Assembly (NCBI GenBank): GCA_012295275.1
Contig: CM022677.1
Span: 4,216,001-4,280,000 of the forward strand
DNA length: 64,000 bases
DNA from: Chrysomallon squamiferum
Lineage: Eukaryota > Animalia > Mollusca
Direction of reading: 5' to 3'
Of the stretch, positions 15,501 through 29,270 are shown one piece after another; within the stretch, counting starts at the first letter, position 1, and every line of letters begins with the position of its first letter. Below the pieces are notes generated by a model. That model was not told where the DNA came from, searched no databases, and was given only the letters and a program-made list of their open reading frames with translations. Made by a program: the position numbers and the translations under genes.

Positions 15501-18400
15501 GGTTGACCCATTCGACGACAGAGACATTCAACTAATGGAGGTTGACCCATTCGACGACAGAGACATTCAACCAATGGAGGTTGACCCATTCGACGACAGA
15601 CATTCAACCAATGGAGGTTGACCCATTCGACGACAGAGACATTCAACCAATGGAGGTTGACCCATTCGACGACAGAGACATTCAACCAATGGAGGTTGAC
15701 CCATTCGATGACAGAGACATTCAACAATGGAGGTTGACCCATTCGATGACAGAGACATTCAACAAATGGAGGTTGACCCATTCGATGACAGAGACATTCC
15801 ATTCCATTCGACGACAGAGACATTCAACTAATGGAGGTTGACCCATTCAGAGACATTGACAGAGACATTCGACGACAGACATTCAACTAATGGAGGTTGA
15901 CCCATTCGATGACTAAGAGACCCATTCGACGACAAATGGAGGTTGACCCATTCGACGACAGAGACATTCAACTAATGGAGGTTGACCCATTCGATGACAG
16001 AGACATTCAACAAATGGAGGTTGACCCATTCGACGACAGAGACATTCAACTAATGGAGGTTGACCCATTCGACGACAGAGACATTCAACCAATGGAGGTT
16101 GACCCATTCGACGACAGAGACATTCAACTAATGGAGGTTGACCCATTCGATGACAGAGACATTCAACTAATGGAGGTTGACCCATTCGATGACAGAGACA
16201 TTCAACAAATGGAGGTTGACCCATTCGATGACAGAGACATTCAACTAATGGAGGTTGACCCATTCGATGACAGAGACATTCAACTAATGGAGGTTGACCC
16301 ATTCGATGACAGAGACATTCAACTAATGGAGGTTGACCCATTCGACGACAGAGACATTCAACCAATGGAGGTTGACCCATTCGACGACAGAGACATTCAA
16401 CCAATGGAGGTTGACCCATTCGACGACAGAGACATTCAACCAATGGAGGTTGACCCATTCGACGACAGAGACATTCAACTAATGGAGGTTGACCCATTCG
16501 ACGACAGAGACATTCAACTAATGGAGGTTGACCCATTCGATGACAGAGACATTCAACTAATGGAGGTTGACCCATTCGACGACAGAGAAATTCAACTAAT
16601 GGAGGTTGACCCATTCGACGACAGAGACATTCAACTAATGGAGGTTGACCCATTCGATGACAGAGACATTCAACTAATGGAGGTTGACCCATTCGATGAC
16701 AGAGACATTCAACTAATGGAGGTTGACCCATTCGATGACAGAGACATTCAACTAATGGAGGTTGACCCATTCCATTCGACCCATTCGACGACAGACATTC
16801 AACTAATGGAGGTTGACCCATTCGACGACAGAGACATTCAACTAATGGAGGTTGACCCATTCGACGACAGACATTCAACTAATGGAGGTTGACCCATTCG
16901 ACGACAGAGACATTCGTTGACCCATTCGACGACAGACATTCAACTAATGGAGGTTGACCCATTCGACGACAGAGACATTCAACTAATGGACCCATTCGAC
17001 GACCATTCGACGACGAGACATTCAACTAATGGAGGTTGACCCATTCGACGACAGAGACATTCAACTAATGGAGGTTGACCCATTCGACGACAGAGACATT
17101 CAACTAATGGAGGTTGACCCATTCGACGACAGAGACATTCAACTAATGGAGGTTGACCCATTCGACGACAGAGACATTCAACTAATGGAGGTTGACCCAT
17201 TCGACGACAGAGACATTCAACTAATGGAGGTTGACCCATTCGACGACAGAGACATTCAACTAATGGAGGTTGACCCATTCGACGACAGACATTCAACTAA
17301 TGGAGGTTGACCCATTCGATGACAGAGACATTCAACTAATGGAGGTTGACCCATTCGACGACAGAGACATTCAACTAATGGAGGTTGACCCATTCGATGA
17401 CAGACATTCAACTAATGGAGGTTGACCCATTCGATGACAGAGACATTCAACTAATGGAGGTTGACCCATTCGATGACAGAGACATTCAACTAATGGAGGT
17501 TGACCCATTCGATGACAGAGACATTCAACCAAATGGAGGTTGACCCATTCGATGACAGAACATTCAACCAATGGAGGTTGACCCATTCGACGACAGAGAC
17601 ATTCAACCAAATGGAGGTTGACCCATTCGATGACAGAGACATTCAACCAATGGAGGTTGACCCATTCGACGACAGAGACATTCAACTAATGGAGGTTGAC
17701 CCATTCGACGACAGACAATGGAGGTTGACCCATTCGACGACGATTCAACCAATGGACATTCAAACAATGGAGGTTGACCCATTCGACGACAGAGACATTC
17801 AACCAATGGAGGTTGACCCATTCGACGACAGAGACATTCAACCAATGGAGGTTGACCCATTCGATGACAGAGACATTCAACAAATGGAGGTTGACCCATT
17901 CGATGACAGAGACATTCAACTAATGGAGGTTGACCCATTCGATGACAGAGACATTCAACTAATGGAGGTTGACCCATTCGACGACAGAGACATTCAACCA
18001 ATGGAGGTTGACCCATTCGATGACAGAGAAATTCAACCAATGGAGGTTGACCCATTCGACGACAGAGACATTCAACCAATGGAGGTTGACCCATTCGACG
18101 ACAGAGACATTCAACCAATGGAGGTTGACCCATTCGACGACAGAGACATTCAACCAATGGAGGTTGACCCATTCGACGACAGAGACATTCGACGACAGAG
18201 ACATTCAACCAATGGAGGTTGACCCATTCGACGACAGAGACATTCAACCAATGGAGGTTGACCCATTCGACGACAGAGACATTCAACCAATGCAGGTTGA
18301 CCCATTCGAGGACAGAGACATTCAACCAAATGACGTCGACGACAGAGACATTCAACCAATGGACGTCGACCCATTCGGAGAAACCATGGATACATCCTGA
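12501..18400 (+). CDS. Putative large repeat exon encoding acidic (MEVDPFDDRDIQ[L/P/Q])n, interrupted by frameshifts
   Basis: ttattttcag acceptor ending 12500, lead-in IRFAEPMDVDPFD, exit PMDVDPFGETMDTS* (TGA 18398-18400), donor GTATCA at 18408 and acceptor ttgtacag ending 18545; most variants are third-position or D/E changes. Confidence 0.45.
12520..18390. repeat. 39-bp tandem array, ~150 copies, consensus ATGGAGGTTGACCCATTCGACGACAGAGACATTCAACTA
   Basis: Direct reading; highly homogeneous with occasional truncated units. Confidence 0.98.
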
Positions 18401-18648
18401 GTATTAGGTATCATAATAAAATATGTTGAAACATTATTATTTTTCGCAAATATTGTCTACTTTCATATTAGACACTGCTAAACGGCGAATGATGTAAAGA
18501 TAACATTATATAATAAATAAGCATTTTTCTTTTCTTCTTGTACAGGTGGATTTCTTTGTTCTCCCGATCGTTCACGTCCAGTGCAAGGACACCGACGTCC
18601 ATGGGCTCCACCCTCTTCCCGTGTATAGCGGGCCACGTGAAAAGCTCG

Positions 18649-19375
18649 ACCTGGAGCTGACTGGAAGTGAAAACCTGGAGCTGACTGGAAGTGAAAACCT
18701 GGAGCTGACTGGAAGTGAAAAGAACGACCTGGAGCTGACTGGAAGTGGAAACCTGGAGCTGACTGGAAGTGAAAAGAACGACCTGGAGCTGACTGGAAGT
18801 GAAAAGCACAACCTGGAGCTGACTGGAAGTGAAAAGCACAACCTGGAGCTGACTGGAAGTGAAAACCTGGAGCTGACTGGAAGTGAAAAGAACGACCTGG
18901 AGCTGACTGGAAGTGAAAAGCACAACCTGGAGCTGACTGGAAGTGAAAAGCACAACCTGGAGCTGACTGGAAGTGAAAACCTGGAGCTGACTGGAAGTGA
19001 AAAGAACGACCTGGAGCTGACTGGAAGTGAAAAGCACAACCTGGAGCTGACTGGAAGTGAAAAGCACAACCTGGAGCTGACTGGAAGTGAAAACCTGGAG
19101 CTGACTGGAAGTGAAAACCTGCAGCTGACTGGAAGTGAAAAGAACGACCTGGAGCTGACTGGAAGCAACCTGGAGCTGACTGGAAGTGAAAAGCACAACC
19201 TGGAGCTGACTGGAAGTGAAAACCTGGAGCTGACTGGAAGTGAAAACCTGGAGCTGACTGGAAGTGAAAAGAACGACCTGGAGCTGACTGGAAGTGAAAA
19301 CCTGGAGCTGACTGGAAGTGAAAAAAAACCTGGAGCTGACTGGAAGTGAAAACCTGGAGCTGACTGGAAGTGAAA
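18649..19375. repeat. 24/30-bp minisatellite (ACCTGGAGCTGACTGGAAGTGAAA with or without AGAACG or AGCACA), ~27 units
   Basis: Direct reading; open on both strands (LELTGSE[N/KND/KHN] on +). Confidence 0.95.
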
Positions 19376-19751
19376 AGCAGCTCAAAGCATGAACTGGCAA
19401 AAACAACTGATGAACAGAAAAGTTGACAAAATGTTTCAAACACAAAACATCATAAATATGTAAATCATATCAGTCATTTATATCTTGATCAGTGGTGGTT
19501 ACAGCAAATTAAAGAAGTTTTTTCCTCTCAATGTTGCATTTATGAACATATATTTAAAACAGTAACAATAATTCAGAAATGTTTTCCCAGGGATTTTCCT
19601 GTTTATATTCTAAAGATCTCAACTATACAAGTTGGTGCCATGACTACATGTGCAGGTTCCTCCAGACACTGTTGTTCTGTTATATTAGCAGTTATATAAT
19701 CTGTTACATTAGCACTTCACATAACAGTCGGTATTGATAGTAATAGTCATA

Positions 19752-19809
<58 letters not shown>

Positions 19810-20269
19810 ACACTATTATCTGAGTAGCAATTACCACTATTACTGATACACTCACTCACTCACACACACACACACATATTATCTGAGTAGTAGCAATTAT
19901 CACTATTGCTGATATACACACACTAACTCATACTCAGGAATATATAAATATATGTAAAGCTAAAGTTAGAAAATTAATTATGAAAGGCAGAAAAAGACAG
20001 AGTAAGAGAGATGTAGTTCTATCTATCAATCTATCTTTCTATCTAAAAATGAAATTCAAGAAAACGAGAGTAAAAACAAAAAATAAACACAGGATAAAAA
20101 TTACAAATTTTCGGGGAAAAGATTGTCAGATTTCATTCCAGAATTAAAATAACATTTAAAAAAGTATTCTTATTACAATTATAAAATTTCATCATCATAC
20201 AAAAAATACACCTAGACCAACAACCAGAAACAAACAAAAACAAATAAAGAACCAAAAAAAATATACAGA

Positions 20270-20975
20270 TTATCAGATAAATTAAGAACACTGATTGGAT
20301 GTTTCTTATGTTTCAACATGGACTCCACAAACTGTGTTATTAACATCCGTAATCCAACTGGCTGAAAGCTTGAGCATTTAGCAGGATTTCTGACTGCTTG
20401 ACAGACAGGGTCAAGTCTGCAACCTCCAACACTTAAAGCTGTCACATGACTGGTAGAGTTTTTTTCTAAAATTAGACAGAGTAACCAGGAACTTGATTTA
20501 TAAACTGAATATATATTTTAAGGAAGTTATTGGTTTTGGTGATATATGGACATATGTTTGTGGATGTGTCCCCATGTATACATTTATTTATATTCTTAAT
20601 TCAGAAATAATCAAACTATATTAATTATTTAAAAAACATTTAAAAAATTACACCAGGCAACAGTTACTTTTAATGAATCAAATGGTACTACTGACCACAA
20701 ATGGCTTTCACTGCATCTGTACCAGCCATTCTCAACCCATCTAAGTTAATCAGTCAGCGACATCAACAAAGGAATTGTCCAAGAGTTCGAGATTTTAGTT
20801 TTGCTTTTCTTAAACTGACATATTTCAAGTTTGTAAATTTCTCTGTGGCCAGTTTCTTTGATAGTCCATCAGCTTCATTAACACCATACACCAGAACTTT
20901 GACTTGATTCATCTTGATAAAAATTAGAAAAAAAAAAAAGTGTCCTCTTTGATATACATAACCTGATGCATATTT

Positions 20976-21060
<85 letters not shown>

Positions 21061-21588
21061 ATTATTTAAATATTATGAAAATGTATACAGAAAATTTATA
21101 ATATTTTTAAAAAAATGTTTACTTTAATAAAAATAAAAAAATTACCTGAAGTAAGTTTAACTAAATCGTCAATGACAGATACACAAAGATCAGGATTATT
21201 TCCAAAGTCCACATCTTTCCATGGAAAGCTTCTACCAGAAACTCAAACAGCTGGTATGGTTAAACAACTGGAGTTCAGACTTAATTCATGCCAAGAATTT
21301 TTGTCCAGTTTGGATTCTGGAATACTTGAAATAAATGAAAAACAGTATTAACAAACTTGGCAACTGTATCTTAACTATCAGCAGAAAAAGAAAAAGTTCA
21401 GAAAATATGATAGGATTTCATATCAGTGGAGCTATACTCTTAGCTCTGAAAATAAATAAATAAATTAAATAAATAAATTAATAAATATAATATAATAGAA
21501 GGTTCATATCAGCAGATATCAAATTAAACAAGTATAAATAAATAAATAAATAAATAAGAAAGTTAGTAAATTAAAAAAACATATATAA

Positions 21589-21662
<74 letters not shown>

Positions 21663-21863
21663 ATAGTGGCAGATAAAGAAAATAAATAAAACGACATGAC
21701 CCAAAAAAGAAGAAGAAGAACAAAACTGAGAGTTTTCAGTTTTGTGTTTTCTTTAAGAGCTGGACTGACACAATGAGAGAAATAATCATTTCCTAGAGAA
21801 TTACTCAACACATTATACAGAGCTAGAAACAAAACACTCAAGTTGTGCAGCAGTAGCAGCAGC

Positions 21864-21900
<37 letters not shown>

Positions 21901-22187
21901 TTAACAGCTGCAGCAGAATTCATAGTGGCGGCAATAGAAGCAGGAAAAGGTAATAGTAGTAGTAGTAATAGTTGTAGTATTATTATTAGTAGTAGTATTA
22001 GTAGTAATAGTACTAGTAGTAAAGTAATAGTGGTAATAGTGGTTAGTAGTATTAGTAATTACTAATAGTAGTAATAGTGGTAATTACAGCAGTAACAGTG
22101 ATTGTGATAACTATGGTAGAATTAGCTTAGGTTGTATAGTACAAGTAGATACAATACATAGAGGTAGTAAATAACTGCAGACACTGC

Positions 22188-22225
<38 letters not shown>

Positions 22226-22996
22226 CAGTAGTAGTAGATGTAATAATAGTAGTAAAAGTAATATAATTAACGTGTAGTATAAGTAGCAAAATAGAAATAG
22301 CAGTGACAGACATAGAGGTAAATAGATATATAAAATAATAATAATTGGTAATAGCTTTAGTGTGTTGAAAGTCACTGTTAATAACTCTTTTTTTTTTCAG
22401 TAGTAGAATAACAGTAGTAACAGTGGTAATACCAGAAATAGCAATATTAGTAGATAACAGATAATACTGGATAATTACAAATACTAATTACTGCTACTAA
22501 TAATAATAGTAACAATAACAATAACAATGGCAGTAATAATATTAATAATAATAATGATGATGACAATACTACTAATAATATTAATAATAAGAAGAAGAAG
22601 ATGAAGAAGAAGAAAAGAAAATGAAAATTTGTTTTGACAATTATACATATATAAATATAAAATAATGTCTTGCTATTGGCATAAACATTATATTATGAAT
22701 ATGGAATCCTTTAAACTGTTTTTTATTATTATTGTTATTATTATTATTATTGTTATTACTATTACTATTATTATTATTACTATTATCATTATTACTAGTA
22801 CTACTGCTACTACTACTACTACTACTACTACTATTATTATTATTATTATAAAACATTTTATAACAGTTATAATTAAGATTACTCACAGCACTCTCAGTGT
22901 CTGTTTTGTTGGTGGTGAGGCTAAGGAAGATCACTGTTGTGTTAGAACACATTGCCAAACACACAGCTTGGAAAGCCTGGGGTCCAAAACTGTTTC
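20270..22996 (-). pseudogene. Disrupted leucine-rich-repeat gene (RI-like/NLR-type LRRs)
   Basis: Exon-like blocks 22887-22996 (NSFGPQAFQAVCLAMCSNTTVIFLSLTTNK; AG/GTGAGT), ~21730-21820 (NSLGNDYFSHCVSPALKENTKLKTLS), ~21146-21325 (ELSLNSSCL..*..VDFGNNPDL; G|GTAATT), ~20655-20912 (FTNLKYVSLRKAKL, then stops), ~20270-20465 (VTALSVGGCRL..ISVLNLSDN). In-frame stops, e.g. 21243-21245. Confidence 0.6.
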
Positions 22997-23692
22997 CTGA
23001 TAAATTAAAAAAAATAATGAAAATACAGAACACTAAATTATTCAGTAGGTTGTAATTTTATATAAAATAATGAAAATGTTGATAATAATTAATGTGAAGT
23101 ATTATTATGTAATTCAGTATGTTTATATTTTAAATAAATTAAAAATAATAATAACATAAATAAATACATGATAGATATATACATACATTAAGCAGAAAGA
23201 AGTTAGAAAGATTTATAAATAAATAAAAATAAATAAAATAGAAACAATCAACTGTCTACTAAAACTTCACTTTTAAGAGCATATTTATAAAACAAAAAAG
23301 AAAAAAGAAAAATTCTTCTCACAACTGAAGAAGAAACATGAAGAAGAAATATAACACTAAAACAAGCTTATAAAAAAAAAATAATTGTAATAATAAATAA
23401 AGAATAAAATAAAATAATTTGAATTATTAAAATGTAGAAAAATAACTAGAAAGATGGGCAATGCAGTTAAGAGATTGAAAATATTAATACTATAAATAAA
23501 TAAATAAATAAATATTATATTAAAATTATAATAATAATATAAATACATATACATACATACATTTATTAATAAGAAAAAATTCTAATTTTTTAAATAAAAT
23601 GAGCAGAAGAACAAAATTCAAAAAAAGAAAAGAAATTAAAATGATAAAAGAAAGAGACTGAAGAAAATAACAAGAATACAAATGGTCAACAG

Positions 23693-23731
<39 letters not shown>

Positions 23732-24365
23732 TAAGAAATGAATAATAAAAATTATTAAAATAAAAATTAACAATTTAAAATATGAAAAAAGAAAAAGAAA
23801 GAAGAATAAGAACCATGAACAGAAACTGGGAGACTGGAAAATAATAATTAAATGGTATATTACAAAAATTTTGCTTATCAATAAAATAACTGAAAATAAA
23901 TACAGACAAAAGGAACAGACAAGAAGAAAAAGAAGAATATGAGGAAACTGTAATGTAGAAAAATAACAAGAAACAATAATCAGGGTAAATAGATTAAAAT
24001 AATAAACAATAAAATAGCTTTAAAGATAACACAAAAATGAAAACAAATAAAAATAATATGAAGAAATATGAATAAACACAGGAATAAGAAGAAACAAGAA
24101 GACAGAAGAATTAAGATAGTATATGTATATATCCACACATACACACACAGATACATATTTAAAATACATAAAGCAAATAAGTTAAATGAATAAGTTATAG
24201 ATAAAAGAAAGAAAAATAATAAAATGTCATAAAATAAAATATTACTGAAACAGTAACAAAATGAAGAAATAATACAAATTACAAAAACCAAATGAAAAAC
24301 ATTTAAAATAAAAAATGAAATGATGATGATGACGATGTTTATTATTATTATCAATACCAAATTTA

Positions 24366-24409
<44 letters not shown>

Positions 24410-25155
24410 TAATGCTGACAATGATAATAATAATAATTAAAAATTATTTTTAAAACTGTTACTGAAATATAGATAAGGTAATCTGCGTTCTTCTGTATGT
24501 TTGACAACAACAACTCTATTAAACGGCTAATGACAGTCAATTTAAGAAACAACAGCAATGTAAACAAATATAACTTTAGATGGTCAGTAGTCAAATATAA
24601 AATAACTGTAATTAGCATGGACCAATAAGAACGATAATAATATCTGAATTTTTTTTTAAAAATAATCGAAGTTTTTACTAAGTTTAAATCTCTTTATATT
24701 TATACTAGACATAATAACAAATTGTTTCGAGATCGGTAATGTCCAATATCTCTGTTAAGAATTCAGTTAACGTTATTATGAGTGGATAAATCATATAAAC
24801 TTAGATACTATACAATGCAGAAGCTGGCTCCTACATTTTACTTTCCATCCAAATACAATTAGTTTTGGTTTCTCTTATTATTTTTCAAGTTACAAACTTG
24901 TTCAGACATCTTCGTATCTTGTTATTATTCAGAGTTACTTCCCTGGACCGACAAGTACTGTACCTGATTCAGAGTGGTACCAATGCACCCAGGTCCCTGT
25001 CCCCTACTTCAGCATCACAAAAATCTATTTTCCAGAGAATGGATACAAGAGACTATTGATGATATGAATCAACTGTCTGGTGTCAAGTAATGTCAGGCCT
25101 GTGTTAGAATGTTTTCAGAAACCTCTCAACAGTGGCAGGGTATGTTTTTTAGTTT

Positions 25156-25211
<56 letters not shown>

Positions 25212-25911
25212 CATATTGCATGAATGATAATAAGCAAAGAAAATTGCATTTATCAGACATTTAGATTGATAAAAAAAAAGAAAAAAAGAAAAGAAACATG
25301 TTCATGTTGGAATTTCTAAAAGCTTGCCATTGATGTTAAATATTTTATTGTAGGTCATGGCAGTATTGTTTAGGTGCTGTTTAGAAAGGGAATTTACATT
25401 ATGGAGAAGGATGAATCAGCTGTACAGACACTGCAGATTTCCCAATTCCAAGTTGTAAATGTTTATCTTTTTTTTTAATTTCTTAGCTTGAGTAAAATAG
25501 GTTTTATAGTAACAACTCTTTACTGATTGTAAAATAGCATAATAACAATCATTTATTTGCTATTGTTTTGTTAATTATTTAAATTATTATCATTATTATC
25601 ATTATCATCATTATCATTATAATGATTATACAAAGTATATAAAAAATATCCCACACCCCTTTGTGTCTGAATAATCCAGTAACTGGTACCAGTAAAATTT
25701 AAATTTTAATAATAACAGAAACATTAGTTATTTATTTTCAGAATGCACATACAGTTCTGATTGATTTGCTGATATTGGCTAGTAAGTTGTTTCAGTAGAA
25801 GGTGCTGTCCAGCACTGAGGATAAAGTTTGTACTGCTGCCACTGGAAAGAAAACCTGAACATGTTAATTTGAGTTTGTTTCCTTATGTATTTCTGATTAT
25901 TCTAAACCCCT

Positions 25912-25988
<77 letters not shown>

Positions 25989-26209
25989 AGATGCATATAT
26001 AACTACAAAGGTAAATAAATAAATTATTGTTGTTTTTCAGAAACTGCTCTGTACACAAGAAGAGCTAATTCTGTGAGCTCACAACAGGAGAGAAATGTCA
26101 TCAATGAATGTGGCAGAACAGGAACATCTGTAGAGGTTGTTTTTATAGTAGTAGTGTAGTCTTTGCCATTGTTGTAGTAATGTAGTTGTTACAGCCTTAG
26201 TACTTGTAG

Positions 26210-26664
26210 CATTATTATTAATGCTACTTGTTGTATAATGCTGTAACAATCACATTATTATTAATGCTACTTGTTGCATAATGCTGTAACAATCACATTA
26301 TTATTAATGCTACTTGTTGTATAATGCTGTAACAATCACATTATTATTAATGCTACTTGTTGTATAATGCTGTAACAATCACATTATTATTAATGCTACT
26401 TGTTGCATAATGCTGTAACAATTACATTATTATTAATGCTACTTGTTTATTAATTACATTATTATTAATGCTACTTGTTGTATAATGCTGTAACAATTAC
26501 ATTATTATTAATGCTACTTGTTGTATAATGCTGTAACAATTACATTATTATTAATGCTACTTGTTGTATAATGCTGTAACAATCACATTATTATTAATGC
26601 TACTTGTTGTATAATGCTGTAACAATTACATTATTATTAATGCTACTTGTTGTATAATGCTGTA
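26210..26664. repeat. 43-bp minisatellite, ~10 copies (CATTATTATTAATGCTACTTGTTGTATAATGCTGTAACAATCA)
   Basis: Direct reading. Confidence 0.95.
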
Positions 26665-28799
26665 GAATTGATCTTAATGATGTTTTAGCTGATGATGCTA
26701 TCTCCTTAGCTTTGTAATAGTAATGTATCTTGTGAGACTAAAGGTGATTAAAAAAACTGTTGTAGTCAAATTACTGGTTGTAGATGTGGTAGTACTAGTA
26801 GTAGCAGTACTGATAGTAGTTGTTTTTAGAGAAATTGTGTAACAAGAAGAGTAGTGTAACAGCAGTGATAGTAGTAGTAACAGTAGTCATAGTTGTGGTT
26901 GTAGTAATTATAATAATCTTAGCAAAAAGAAATTCAGGCATAGAAGTAACAGTGAAGACAGTAATAAATATCACTATTATTATTAATGGATGGTAATTTT
27001 AGTAATAGGAGTATTATTTCAATAACAGTAACCGTAGTTGAATAAGGAATAACAGGAAATATTAGTTATAGTAATAATGATAACAAAAGTAGTGTTGCAG
27101 TAAATGTAGTAGTAGCAGTTTTTTATTTATGTTTTATACAGTATTTTATTTATTTATTTATTTGAGCCAGTCCACCCACCAGTCACACTGACCAGTGCAC
27201 CCACCAGTCACACTGACCAGTCAGTCCAATCACCAGACCAGTGTCCACCAGTCTAGTCCAACATCAGCATCGACTCAGTTGTGTGAATTGTGTGGTGAAC
27301 ATTGAATCAGCTGACTCAGTTGTGTGAATTGTGGTGACATGAACACGCCAGACGACAACAATTCTTAAGTTGGAGTCTTCCACCAGGTCACCAATCTCAA
27401 CAGTCAAATGTCAGGAAGAAAAAACTTGAAAAACTTGAACTGCTAAAACCAGCCAAAGGAAAACATTAAAATGAAACCACTTTGCAGAAGATAGTGGCAA
27501 AGACAAAAGCCTGGAAATTGAGCAGCAGGTGACTTAGTAACTTCCATTAGCATTGTTTTATTTCTTTTTTCTTATATTTGTCTTACATGTGTACTAGCAG
27601 TAATCAAAACAGTTTTGTTTCTAACTCACAGAAATTACATGGCTTAAGGAATGATTTGAAATCAGTTCATAAAGAAAAACAGATCTACTTTTATTAATTT
27701 TGTTAAAGGTGTTTCTAATGAAAAATTCTACTTTAACTTTAATTATGTGATTCAAATTCATCTTTGTTTTATCATATGCATGTGTAATGTTGTCTTTGTT
27801 TTAAATACATTTTAAAATATACCTTAATAATCATTATTGTAACTATTACCTGAATGCATAGGATAATTGTGGTTTATTCATAAGACAAAATATATTTCAT
27901 TAGTGGTAAAAATTAAATTGCATTAAAGTGGCAGTAAAGATGTTTTTATTAATCAAATAATTTGTTATTAATGATGTAACTATAACGGTTGTTAAAGGTC
28001 AATTAATGATTGTCAGAATAATTTCAAATGTGTTTTCATCATGATAGTATATTAGTATTTCCAGCAGAATCAGTATTAGAAGACCATTTTCTTACTGACT
28101 AATGTAATACGATATAGGTTTAAAATGTTTATTTACTTAATATTTCTGGCAGTCATCGTAAACTAGACTAAAAGTCTAAAAGACAGTGTAAATATCAAAT
28201 TTTACCAAGTTACAGAAGTATTCAAATCTATTAAAAAAAAAAATTCATAATATCTTTTATTGATGTATTGCTGTTTAATCCTTTTATATAAAAGTTAAAA
28301 AAAAAAAAAAAAAGAAACAATTATTATTATTAAAATTATATGGAAAAAATAAAATAATGGACTAAAATTCTTGTTGCTAAGTCAGTGAAATATTTTGTTG
28401 TAGGATCCTAGACAACAGATTCAAGGTGTGCCACAGCCAGCAGTTCAGTTGAAAATGTTGTAAAACCCATTTTCAGAAACTGTTCACTAGAGCACCAGAA
28501 TGCTATTACATCACAGTCTTCCCTGTCCAGAGAAAGCTCAACACTTTCAAGAGAAAATCTGTCTAGAAATCTAATTTGAATTTCTAAAACTCAGTGATCT
28601 CCAAGAGACTGCATTGTCAATGTGATCAGAACATCCAGTGTACACATTGTACTTCATAGCAGCTTGCACTGTTTTTATCATTGATGTGTGCTTGGTTATT
28701 CTAATCTTTCTCACTGAAAGAGGAATGGAGATTCATCATTGCTATGGAATGCCATCTTTGTAAATAAGCTAAAATCTGTGTCATAGTTAACTTTTTTAA

Positions 28800-29270
28800 T
28801 CTAATTTTTATATTATTTAAATCAGGATAAATCAAGGGTTTGCTGGGGTAATCATCGTCTAAATATATTTAAAACTATGTAATTAGAGGTATTTCAAGCT
28901 TTTATTAAAACAGAATAAAACAACATTTTTTCTTTATATTATTTAAATCAGGGTAAAATCAGTGGTTTGCTTGGGGTAATAAATGTAAATATAATTGAAA
29001 ATTATGTCATTAGGGGTAATTAGAATTTTTAATACAAAAAAAAAACAAAAAAAAACATTTTTTTCTCTTTATATTTAAATCATGGGAAAATCAAGGGTTT
29101 GATGGGATAATCAATGTAAAAATAATTGAAGATTATGTAATTCATGTAATTATAATTTTTTATAGAAATATTGGGGGAAAAAATCTTTATATCGGGGAAA
29201 ATCAAGGGTTTGTAGGGGGTAATCATTGTGTAAATATATTTAAAATTATGTAATTAGGGGTAATAATATA
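28800..29270. repeat. Degenerate ~110-135-bp tandem repeat, ~4 copies
   Basis: Recurring AAATCAAGGGTTTG..GGGGTAAT..AATTATGTAATTAGGGG blocks. Confidence 0.75.

Noticed and set aside
12454-18395. - strand Cys-rich ORFs (MGQPPLVECLCRR)n
   Set aside because: Antisense reading of the array; common variants are non-synonymous in this frame and the splice signals favour +.
18595-18630. Similarity to the hairpin-unit flank (CCATGG..CCCTCT.CCCGT), and GACCCAT/TCAACT words shared by the B arm and the 39-bp repeat
   Set aside because: Short and gapped with no full seed match; not distinguishable from chance by eye.
23000-24620. Hydrophobic F/L/I-rich - strand ORFs
   Set aside because: Product of A-rich low-complexity sequence; no domain or splice pattern.
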